A stretch of DNA of 64,000 nt, taken from an uncultured Acidimicrobiia bacterium (GTDB lineage: Bacteria; Actinomycetota; Acidimicrobiia; Spongiisociales; UBA11373). Below the pieces are notes generated by a model that saw only the letters and a program-made list of their open reading frames with translations, did no database searches and had not been told where the DNA came from. The stretch spans positions 20,765-84,764 of the forward strand of contig CAZWKX010000003.1 of NCBI GenBank assembly GCA_964633975.1, read 5' to 3'. The translations under genes and the position numbers were made by a program. Within the stretch, counting starts at the first letter, position 1. Each line of letters opens with the position of its first letter. Shown here one piece after another: positions 36,287 to 44,229 of the stretch.

Positions 36287-36927
36287 TGGAGGCGATAGTG
36301 ACGCACACCGGTCGGATGGCTCCTCTTCTGCGCCCGAACATCGATACCGACCAGATCATCCCGCAGCGCTTCCTCAAGCGCATCGAGCGGACCGGGTTCG
36401 GGCGTTTCCTCTTCGCCGACTGGGCGGAGGACGAGGAGGGCGAACCCATCGCGTCGTTCGTGCTCAATCGTCCCGAGTACCGCAAGGCAAGCGTTCTGAT
36501 CACTGGCCGGAACTTCGGCTCCGGCTCGTCGCGTGAACATGCGCCGTGGGCGCTGCAGGATCGCGGATTCCGGGTGATCATCGCCCCGTCGTTCGCCGAC
36601 ATCTTCCGGGCCAACTGCCACAAGGTCGGGCTGCTCACAGTCGAGCTCCCTACCGACAGAGTGGAGGCCCTGGCCGGCCTCGCCGAGCAAGATCCGACGG
36701 CGACGGTGACCATCGATCTCGAGGCGCAGACCGTGTCGGCGCACGGTGTCGAAACCGGCTTCGACATCGACCCCTATGTCAGGTATTCGCTCATGCATGG
36801 CATCGACGGCATTGCCACGACACTGGAGCGAGCGCATATGATCAGCCGGTACGAGGAGCTTCGCCCCGCGTTCAGGCCGTCGCTGCGGGGTTCGGGAAAC
36901 ACGGAAGACGGGGAGAGACATGGTTAG
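36286..36927 (+). CDS. leuD: 3-isopropylmalate dehydratase small subunit
   Basis: The ATG at 36286 overlaps the leuC TGA (TGATG). NIDTDQIIPQRFLK and GRNFGSGSSREHAPWAL. The ORF-track start at 36274 (TTG) is an alternative. Confidence 0.9.
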   Translation: MEAIVTHTGRMAPLLRPNIDTDQIIPQRFLKRIERTGFGRFLFADWAEDEEGEPIASFVLNRPEYRKASVLITGRNFGSGSSREHAPWALQDRGFRVIIAPSFADIFRANCHKVGLLTVELPTDRVEALAGLAEQDPTATVTIDLEAQTVSAHGVETGFDIDPYVRYSLMHGIDGIATTLERAHMISRYEELRPAFRPSLRGSGNTEDGERHG

Positions 36928-37828
36928 CGGGAAGTCGATTTGGGTCGATGGCGGGCTGGTGCCGTGGGAAAAGGCCTCTGTCCACGTACTCACCCACGCG
37001 CTCCACTACGGGACCGGCGTCTTTGAGGGCATTCGCTCGTACGACACTGCGGACGGCCCTGCCGTATTCCGATCTGCCGAACATTTCGAGAGGTTTCATC
37101 GTTCCGCCGACGCGGTCGGCCTGCCCTTGAAGTGGACCGTCGCCGAGCTTCGCCAGGCGACGAAGGACGTGCTCGTCGCCAACGGGCTCGGCGCCGGCTA
37201 CATCCGGCCCATCGCCTACTTCGACGGCGTCATGGGCCTGGCCACCACCAACGCCGAGGTGCGTACGGCCATTGCGGCCTGGGAGTGGGGCACGTACCTG
37301 GGCGAGGAGGGCGTGCGCAACGGGATTAGGGCCAAGGTCTCGTCGTGGCGGCGCTACCCCTCGGCGTCGATTCCCAACGTCAAGGTCACCGGGGTCTACA
37401 TCAACAGTGTGCTGGCGAAGATGGAGGTCGTGCGGGCCGGCTACGACGAGGCGGTCATGCTGAACATCGACGGCCTGGTGGCGGAGGGCACCGGCGAGAA
37501 CATTTTCGCGGTGAAGGACGGCGTGGCGATCACGCCGCCGCTCTCTGTGGGATGCCTGGATGGGATCACGCGGGACACGCTCACGACTCTCCTGCAGGAA
37601 TCCGACGTGGAGGTGCGGGAGGCCGATCTCACCCGAGATGCGCTCTACGAGGTCGATGAGCTGTTCCTCACCGGCACGGCCGCCGAAGTGACACCCATCA
37701 GGGAGCTCGATGATCGCGCCATCGGCTCCGGCAAGCCGGGGCCGGTGACCCGCCTGGCGCAGCAGCTCTACGAGGAGGCCGTCACCGGCAAGCTGGCGGG
37801 GCATCAGGACTGGCTCGACCTCGTGTAG
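36920..37828 (+). CDS. ilvE: Branched-chain amino acid aminotransferase
   Basis: 302 aa. HALHYGTGVFEGIRSY, EGTGENIF and the LFLTGTAAEVTPI motif. It overlaps the leuD end by 8 nt. Confidence 0.9.
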   Translation: MVSGKSIWVDGGLVPWEKASVHVLTHALHYGTGVFEGIRSYDTADGPAVFRSAEHFERFHRSADAVGLPLKWTVAELRQATKDVLVANGLGAGYIRPIAYFDGVMGLATTNAEVRTAIAAWEWGTYLGEEGVRNGIRAKVSSWRRYPSASIPNVKVTGVYINSVLAKMEVVRAGYDEAVMLNIDGLVAEGTGENIFAVKDGVAITPPLSVGCLDGITRDTLTTLLQESDVEVREADLTRDALYEVDELFLTGTAAEVTPIRELDDRAIGSGKPGPVTRLAQQLYEEAVTGKLAGHQDWLDLV

Positions 37829-37854
37829 CGCCCCGTGTGCGCATCCGTCGGAGT

Positions 37855-37884
37855 TTGCCCGCCTTCGGCCGGAGCCTGTATGCT
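37855..37884 (+). promoter_or_regulatory. Putative promoter of the aromatic (DAHPS-CM/pheA) leader
   Basis: TTGCCC (37855-37860), 18-bp spacer, TATGCT (37879-37884). The ATG follows 6 nt later. Confidence 0.5.
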
Positions 37885-37890
37885 CGGGAC

Positions 37891-37956
37891 ATGAGCACTG
37901 CGAAGTTCGGCTTCGTCTTTACCGGGCCTCGGGCCCGGGTCAGGGGAACGCGCTGA
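37891..37956 (+). CDS. Candidate Phe-rich leader peptide [21 protein letters not shown]
   Basis: A 21-codon ORF starts right after the -10 box. Codons 6-10 are TTC GGC TTC GTC TTT (Phe-Gly-Phe-Val-Phe). Downstream segments can form alternative hairpins. Confidence 0.6.
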   Translation: MSTAKFGFVFTGPRARVRGTR

Positions 37957-37979
37957 ACTTCTGAGCAGCCAGGAAACCG

Positions 37980-38011
37980 AACCCGGAGCCGAGGCTCCGG
38001 GTTTCTTGTTT
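37980..38011 (+). terminator. Intrinsic terminator (attenuator) upstream of the DAHPS-CM gene
   Basis: AACCCGGAGCC (37980-37990), loop GA, GGCTCCGGGTT (37993-38003), a perfect 11-bp stem followed by TCTTGTTT. Confidence 0.75.
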
Positions 38012-38041
38012 CCCGGAGCCTTTCGAGAGAGGACTCAGCCG

Positions 38042-39133
38042 GTGAGCCCACAACCCACAACCAGTCTGCACAGGAGAGGCGGGCAGAGCGCCGTCGTCGA
38101 AGTTGGGCCCGTTCGTTTCGGCGATGGCTCCTACCCGGTCATCGCTGGCCCGTGCTCGATAGAGAGCGAGGAGCAAGTCTTCGAGACGGCTCGTATCGTG
38201 GCCGAAGCAGGCGCCGCCATGCTGCGCGGCGGTGCATTCAAGCCGCGGACGTCCCCGTACTCCTTCCAGGGGCTCGGCGCTGAGGGTCTGCGGCTGCTGC
38301 AGGAGGCGGGCCGCCGCCGCGGCCTCCCTACGGTGACCGAGGTTCTGGAACCGGGCCAGGTGGAGCTCGTCGCCAGCCGCGTCGACATGCTCCAGGTGGG
38401 GGCGCGCAGCATGCAGAACTTCCCGCTGCTGCGGGCCGTGGGGCGGAGCCACAGGCCGGTCCTGCTGAAGAGGGGACCTGCCGCCACCATCGAGGAATGG
38501 CTCCTCGCCGCAGAGTACGTGCTGGCCGAAGGTAACCAGGACGTGGTGCTCTGCGAGCGGGGGATTCGCACCTTCGGGACTGAGACCCGCTACACGCTCG
38601 ACATAAGCGCAGTGCCCGTGGTGAAGACGCTGACCCATCTTCCCGTGATCGTCGATCCCAGTCACGCCACCGGGCGGCGGGATCTCATCGCACCGCTGGG
38701 CCTGGCAGGCCGCGCCGCCGGCGCCGACGGCATGATGGTCGAGGTGCACCCCGATCCGAGCAGTGCCCTGTCCGACGGTCCCCAGCAGCTCGATGCGGCC
38801 GGGTTCCGAGACCTCATGGAGCGGCTCGGTATTCTCGCCGTGCGCGATGACATCGACCGTATCGATCGGGAGATCCTCGGCTTGATGTCCCGGCGCCTCG
38901 GCTACTCCGTCGAGATCGGGCTCAACAAGGCGGCTAGGAACATGACCCTGCACTCAGTGCAGCGAGAGGCCGAGCTGCTCGATGCGCTGACCACAGATGC
39001 GCAGCGGTGGAGTCTCGACGCGGGATACATCCGGGAGGTCTTCGGGCTGATCCTCAGGCATTCTCGGCGGGCCCAGCGGCGGGCCCTCGCCGAGAGCCGG
39101 CTCGGCGGCGGCAGGTTGATCGCGAACAGCTAG
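38042..39133 (+). CDS. Bifunctional type I-beta DAHP synthase with C-terminal AroQ chorismate mutase domain
   Basis: DAHPS/KDO8PS-fold motifs are [41 protein letters not shown] and [12 protein letters not shown]. The about 90-aa C-terminal helical domain has CM-like motifs ([26 protein letters not shown] ... [13 protein letters not shown]). GTG at 38042 (RBS GAGAGAGGA) is preferred because the ORF-track start at 38006 lies inside the terminator. Confidence 0.85.
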   Translation: MSPQPTTSLHRRGGQSAVVEVGPVRFGDGSYPVIAGPCSIESEEQVFETARIVAEAGAAMLRGGAFKPRTSPYSFQGLGAEGLRLLQEAGRRRGLPTVTEVLEPGQVELVASRVDMLQVGARSMQNFPLLRAVGRSHRPVLLKRGPAATIEEWLLAAEYVLAEGNQDVVLCERGIRTFGTETRYTLDISAVPVVKTLTHLPVIVDPSHATGRRDLIAPLGLAGRAAGADGMMVEVHPDPSSALSDGPQQLDAAGFRDLMERLGILAVRDDIDRIDREILGLMSRRLGYSVEIGLNKAARNMTLHSVQREAELLDALTTDAQRWSLDAGYIREVFGLILRHSRRAQRRALAESRLGGGRLIANS

Positions 39134-39145
39134 GAGGGGATGAGC

Positions 39146-39958
39146 ATGCGAGTCGGATACCAAGGCGAGGAGGGCTCTTACAGCTACCGAACGGTGGTCG
39201 AGCTGTTCCCTAAAGCCCAGCCCATCGGTGTTCCGAGCTTCGCCGCCGCATTTGCCGACCTGGCCGGCGGCGTGGTGGACGGGCTCGTGCTGCCCATAGA
39301 GAACTCGACGACGGGCAGCGTGCTCGAGGTTCTGGATCGGCTGACCGGAACCGATGCCTCGATAGTGGCCGAGCATCTTGTGGAGGTACGCCATGCCCTT
39401 CTCGGGCTGCCCGGAGCGGAGCTTGGGGAGATCAAGAGGGTGCTGTCGCATGTGGAGGCTCTGGCCCAGGCGAAGGAGACCCTGGCGGCGAGAGGTTGGG
39501 AGGCCGTGCCGGTCGACGACACGGCAGGAGCGGTTCGGGAGATTGCGGAGAGGGGTGATCCCACCGAGGCCGCCCTGGCGCCGCCGGAAGCAGGCCAGGC
39601 GCACGGTCTGGTGGCCCTGCTCTCCGATGTCGTCGACCGATCCCACAACACCACACGGTTCGTCGTCCTCATGCCCGGGCATCCCGATCCGGGACCGGAG
39701 GACAACAAGAGCTCGATCGTTTTCTCGACGGCGCACCGGCCCGGGGCGCTGGCGCTCGTGCTCACCGAGCTGGGCCTTCGGGGCGCCAACCTCACGAGGA
39801 TCGAGTCGCGGCCCGGCGTGTCTGCATGGTCGTACTGCTTCTACGTCGATTTGCTGCACGAACCGGGTCCCGAAGGGCTGAAGAGGGTTCTCGAGCCCCC
39901 TCCTTCGGCGGTCGGCGACCTGCATCACCTCGGCACCTACCGGTCGGCGAACGGCTAG
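39146..39958 (+). CDS. pheA: Prephenate dehydratase (PDT + ACT domains)
   Basis: VGYQGEEGSYS, NSTTGSV, TRFVVL and the ACT domain with the LTRIESRP motif. The ATG at 39146 is better spaced from AGGAGGGG than the ATG at 39140. Confidence 0.9.
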   Translation: MRVGYQGEEGSYSYRTVVELFPKAQPIGVPSFAAAFADLAGGVVDGLVLPIENSTTGSVLEVLDRLTGTDASIVAEHLVEVRHALLGLPGAELGEIKRVLSHVEALAQAKETLAARGWEAVPVDDTAGAVREIAERGDPTEAALAPPEAGQAHGLVALLSDVVDRSHNTTRFVVLMPGHPDPGPEDNKSSIVFSTAHRPGALALVLTELGLRGANLTRIESRPGVSAWSYCFYVDLLHEPGPEGLKRVLEPPPSAVGDLHHLGTYRSANG

Positions 39959-39973
39959 CAGAGGGCTTTGCGG

Positions 39974-41338
39974 CTATCCCGATTGGATCGCCACGGCCCC
40001 CACCTTCTCAAGCACTTCGGCTGCCTCGACGCCCACCGAAGTGGTGGCGAGGGGCTCCACCACGGAGCCCGCGTCGAGCGTGATTGGCTGGGGTTGCTCG
40101 ATGAGGCAGTCGTGCTCGTCGATCACGAGGACGGCGCCAGGGACGCCGCCGGGTTCCTCGGCGGGGTGGGTGATCATGGCGATCTTGCCGTTGGTGAGCC
40201 TGAGGAAGGAGCCTGGGGGGTAGACACCCATCATGTGGATGAAGGCGAGCACGAAGTCGGGATCGTAGGAAGTTCCCGATCCCTGGAGCAGCACGTGGAG
40301 GGCACGGCTCGGCGGTTCTGCTCGCCTGTAGGAGCGGCGGGTGGTTATGGCGTCGTAGGTGTCGGTGACGGCCACGAGCCTGCTGAAGAAGTGCTGCGGA
40401 CCGTGGTGCAGGCCCTGAGCATGGTCGTTGTAGATGAGGCGGGGGTATCCGGATCCATCAAAACGGGCGTGATGCTCGAAGGCGATGGCGGCCGTCACTT
40501 CCTGACCCGCTCCGGCGGCTGCGAGTATCGCCTCGGCGCCTATCTGGGGGTGTCGCCTGATCTCCTTCCACTGCTCCGGGCTGAGGCGCCCCGGATGCTG
40601 GAGCACCGCGGTCGAAACCCCGACCTTACCGATGTCGTGGAGCAGAGCGCCTGTGCCCATGAGAAGCAGGTCCTTCTCGGGGATGCCCACGAGCCGGCCC
40701 AGCGCCAGCGAGAGGATGCAGGTGTTGACGGAGTGATAGAAGGTGTACTCGTGGTGGCTCTTCACGTTGGACAGCAGCAGCGCTGCGCTTGGCTGAGTGA
40801 AGGTCTGCTCGAGGAGGGTGGTCACCGCCGCAGATGCCCCATCGAGGTCGAGGTTCTGTCCGGCGTTCAGAGCCACGCCCACCGAACGCAGCACGTCTAG
40901 TGATGCGGTGTAGGAACTTCTCAGCCCTGCGGTCTCCGATCCGGCCAGGTCGGCATGGCTCCAGGGCTTCTCGTTGAGTACGACGGTGCCTCCGGGAGAG
41001 GCGGTTTCGGTGCCGACGAGCATCTCGACCAGCTCCCCGACGTCGCTCTGCGACGACGGCTTCCGGAAGGTGATCGACTCGACGCCGTGGTCCTCCAGCT
41101 CTCTGATGAGGCCGTTGAACTCGAGCGACGTGTTGGCCAGCACGTTCTGGTTCAGGTAGATGGAATCGTCGAGGATCGTGAGTACGACTTGGTCGTTCTC
41201 ACCGGCAAGGCGGTTGGCGACCTCCGTGACCTCAGCGCGGCCCATCTCGGCCAGCCGATGTTCCCTGCCGTACAGGCGGCGGTGGCTCAATGCCCGGCGC
41301 AGCGCCGTCATCGTTGCTTGGGCGTCTTGCTCGTTCAT
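39974..41338 (-). CDS. HD-GYP domain protein (putative c-di-GMP phosphodiesterase) with N-terminal sensor region
   Basis: 454 aa. HSVNTCILSLAL, GALLHDIGK, HPQIGAEAI, EHHARFDGSGYPR and TDTYDAITTRRSYR. The ATGA overlaps the upstream HEAT-repeat gene. Confidence 0.85.
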   Translation of the reverse strand: MNEQDAQATMTALRRALSHRRLYGREHRLAEMGRAEVTEVANRLAGENDQVVLTILDDSIYLNQNVLANTSLEFNGLIRELEDHGVESITFRKPSSQSDVGELVEMLVGTETASPGGTVVLNEKPWSHADLAGSETAGLRSSYTASLDVLRSVGVALNAGQNLDLDGASAAVTTLLEQTFTQPSAALLLSNVKSHHEYTFYHSVNTCILSLALGRLVGIPEKDLLLMGTGALLHDIGKVGVSTAVLQHPGRLSPEQWKEIRRHPQIGAEAILAAAGAGQEVTAAIAFEHHARFDGSGYPRLIYNDHAQGLHHGPQHFFSRLVAVTDTYDAITTRRSYRRAEPPSRALHVLLQGSGTSYDPDFVLAFIHMMGVYPPGSFLRLTNGKIAMITHPAEEPGGVPGAVLVIDEHDCLIEQPQPITLDAGSVVEPLATTSVGVEAAEVLEKVGAVAIQSG

Positions 41339-43314
41339 CGTTTTCTCCCCAGGGCGCGGCGCGCCGCACTCCTAAGCGCCCGAGATTGGGTGCTGAGGGC
41401 AAACGGCTTCGAGGCGAGGCGGGAGAGGATGCTTCGGGCCTGGGACGTGGGGCGCTGTGCCAGGGTCGCCACGACCTGCAGCTTTTCCTCGGTGCTGATC
41501 TTCGCTTTGAGCCGTTCGGTCAGCGCCGAATCCACCTGAGAGTCGGGCGAATCGCGCAATAGCAGCAGGGCCTGGCGGCGGACGGCGTCGTTGGCGTCGG
41601 TGAGGGCGGCGAGCTCGATGTCGACGACGTCGTTGCCGAGGAGGTGGTGGAGCGCCCGCAGGGCCTCACGGCGTATGCGGTGGTCGCCATGGGACCGAAG
41701 CGGCCGCAGTCGCTCTGCGACCTCGGCGTGTCTGGAGCGCCCAAGAATGAGGATGATGTTGCGCACCACGTACCATCGGGCGTCGTCGAGGTGCCGCACC
41801 AGGGGCGCCACGTTGAATTGGGCGACCGCGACGAGAGCCTCGATCAGCTTGCGGCGGCGGGTCTGGTCCTCCTCGAAGCCGAGCTGTTCAACGAGCCCGT
41901 CGACCGCGAACAGAGGCGCCGCCCTGCGTACCGTCGTCCCGGGCCCCGACGTCTCCCCGTCCGTGAGGAGCTCGGCCAGCCGCATGGCCACATCAGAATC
42001 GACCTGGGTGCTGAGCACCTGCAGCAGGGTCTTACGGCGTTCCGCGCTGTGTTCCGCCGCCGCGGTCACAGCCTCGAACCAGTCGTCGGCGAGGTCGAGG
42101 CGGTCGAGGCGGATGGCGCCGGTGACACGGGCCGACCACACCCGGGCGAGGCGGCGGAAGGCATCTTCGTCGTCGACGACGGCAAGGAGTCCGGCGAGCA
42201 CGTCGAAGCCCTTGGCCAGGTGCTCCTCGACGCCGGGGCAGGCTGCTCGGAGACGGGCGATCGCTCCAACGGTTCCGTCCTCGGCGTTGTCCTCGGCGTT
42301 GTGGAGCACGCTCTCGATACGCTCGGAGACGGCCTCCTGGGTGCTGCTGGGCTTCTGGGCGTCGTCGACGAACTTGAGTAGGTCCTCCTGGCGCTGGCCG
42401 CCGACCTGGTCGGCGGCGACACGGCAGTACTCGAGCAGCAGCGGGTGGGCATCGGGAGTCAGCTGCTTGACCATCTCACTCAGTTCTTGGTTGCTGAACT
42501 GGTCCAGGAAGAGCAGGAACTCCTCGCGGTCGGGCTGGCTGAGCAGGTCCTTGAGCAGCTGCGCCTGGTGATCCTGCGGCAGGTAGAAGAAGGCGTCGAC
42601 GAAGGCGTGCACCACCTCCTCACGGCCCCAGTGGTCGCCGGCCTCGATGAGGCCGTAGACCTTTGAGTACTCCTCGGTGAAGCTGGTGGCGAGCTTCTCG
42701 GCGTCGTCGCGGGACTCCTCGAGCATCCGGTTGACGAAGGGCTCGGGATCGCCGTCGTAGCCGAGGAACCACTCGGTGGAGCGTTCCCGCAGTCCCGGGG
42801 GACCGCCACGCTCAACGAGGATGTCCTGGAGGGGGAGGGCTATCGCGTTCACATGCCGGCGCTCCAGCGCCGCTTCCACGCCTCCGGTGGCCTCGAGGGC
42901 TTCCGCGCTCGTGGAGATGATGTCGAAGACGTGCATGAGATCGTCGCCGTCCGGGGGGGCGGTGATCACGATGGCGCCGATGCCGTGAGAGAAGACGCGT
43001 TTGGCCAGCCGCTCGGTGGCTTGGCGAGTGGAGGGGACCTCGAGCCCGTTGAGGACAAAACCTTTCGGGGCCACATCGACTCGCCATGGGTAGCGCGGCG
43101 TCTTCGCCAGCATGGCCATGCAGCGGCGGAACACTTCGAGATGGCGCGGGTCTTCGTAGAGGGTGAAAGCCCTCCAGGCGGTGCCGAGCGCATCGACGAG
43201 CCCGAACTCATCGATCTCGGGCGGCGGCGCGCCCGGATACCCCACCTTTGGGGTTTTCGTCTCGCTCGGAGCGCTGTTTTGCCCCTCGGCGAGCACCACG
43301 TCGTTTGAGGGCAC
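41335..43314 (-). CDS. Large cytoplasmic HEAT/ARM-like repeat protein, function unknown
   Basis: 659 aa. GTG start at 43314 with GAGGAG upstream. The protein looks helical throughout. The C-terminal HEAT-like repeats are ARWYVVRNIILILGRSRHAEV, DHRIRREALRALHHL and NDAVRRQALLLLRD. Confidence 0.6.
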   Translation of the reverse strand: MPSNDVVLAEGQNSAPSETKTPKVGYPGAPPPEIDEFGLVDALGTAWRAFTLYEDPRHLEVFRRCMAMLAKTPRYPWRVDVAPKGFVLNGLEVPSTRQATERLAKRVFSHGIGAIVITAPPDGDDLMHVFDIISTSAEALEATGGVEAALERRHVNAIALPLQDILVERGGPPGLRERSTEWFLGYDGDPEPFVNRMLEESRDDAEKLATSFTEEYSKVYGLIEAGDHWGREEVVHAFVDAFFYLPQDHQAQLLKDLLSQPDREEFLLFLDQFSNQELSEMVKQLTPDAHPLLLEYCRVAADQVGGQRQEDLLKFVDDAQKPSSTQEAVSERIESVLHNAEDNAEDGTVGAIARLRAACPGVEEHLAKGFDVLAGLLAVVDDEDAFRRLARVWSARVTGAIRLDRLDLADDWFEAVTAAAEHSAERRKTLLQVLSTQVDSDVAMRLAELLTDGETSGPGTTVRRAAPLFAVDGLVEQLGFEEDQTRRRKLIEALVAVAQFNVAPLVRHLDDARWYVVRNIILILGRSRHAEVAERLRPLRSHGDHRIRREALRALHHLLGNDVVDIELAALTDANDAVRRQALLLLRDSPDSQVDSALTERLKAKISTEEKLQVVATLAQRPTSQARSILSRLASKPFALSTQSRALRSAARRALGRKR

Positions 43315-43463
43315 TGCGGTCTCCTCGTCCGCCGTGCTGGGCCTTAGGTTCTCATCGGACGGTTAGACGACGACGTTGATGGAAAAGCGGGAAGACCGGC
43401 GCCCGGGTGCAGGCTTCTTGAGCCGGTCCCCTTCGGCCTGATCTCGGTGCTTCGGGAGGAGGG

Positions 43464-44063
43464 TTAGGCGCCGAGGCGTCTGTCGCGGGCTCGTCGAACC
43501 ACCCCGTCGATGTAGCGCCGGGTGATTCCCGGAGCCATCGACGAGATCCGGGCCACCAAGCGGGTCTTTGCCTCCGGGTGGATGACGGCGCTCCGCCGCC
43601 TCAGCCCGCGCAAGATGGCGGCGGCCTTCTGGATCCAGTCGATCTCGTGCACGTCTTCGACCGTGATGCGCACGCCTTCCTCGATGCAGCGGCGCAGGTG
43701 CTCCTTGGGCTTGCCCCCGCCGTTCACCGAGCATCTCTCCGGGTCCACCCCGCTGCGGAGAGCCCCTTCGAGCTCCTCCGGCGAGTAGATGTCGGCCCCG
43801 GCGCCCTCCCGGCTCATCAGGTGGCGGATGGCGAGCAGGGTGTTCGCCTTCATCGCCGGCATCACATCGATCGGCCCGTCGGGCCAGGCTTCGCTGAAGG
43901 CGTCGCGGAAGCGTCGGTAGTTGTCCCGAAGCTGCGCCTCCGAAAACACGAAGAGGGGCGATCCGAAACGCTCGAGCAGCTTCACGGCGTCGCACTCTTC
44001 GATGAAGAGGCGTCCGTCTCGAATGGTGAGACGGTCGGGTGGATGAGGTGTGGTTCGCGCCAT
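43464..44063 (-). pseudogene. N-terminal fragment of an Orn/DAP/Arg-type PLP decarboxylase (truncated)
   Basis: 199 aa. FGSPLFVFSEAQLRDNYRRF, PAMKAN (PLP Lys context), GADIYSPEEL and NGGGK match the first about 170 residues of family-2 decarboxylases such as lysA at 20135. The barrel second half and the C-terminal beta domain are absent. Only about 150 nt remain before the next gene. Confidence 0.6.
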
Positions 44064-44229
44064 CGTGGTTCCTCCTCGCGGCGCTTTGGCATGCTATCGA
44101 GGCAGGGCCGCGGGCTGACGGGGCGTTGGTGGAACCGTGAGAGCGTCTGGGAGCGTCAAAGGGACATGGCGGCGGGCCGTGCCGGCCTGTTGAACGCGTG
44201 TTTCAAAACCGGGGTCGGAGCGCCTCCGG

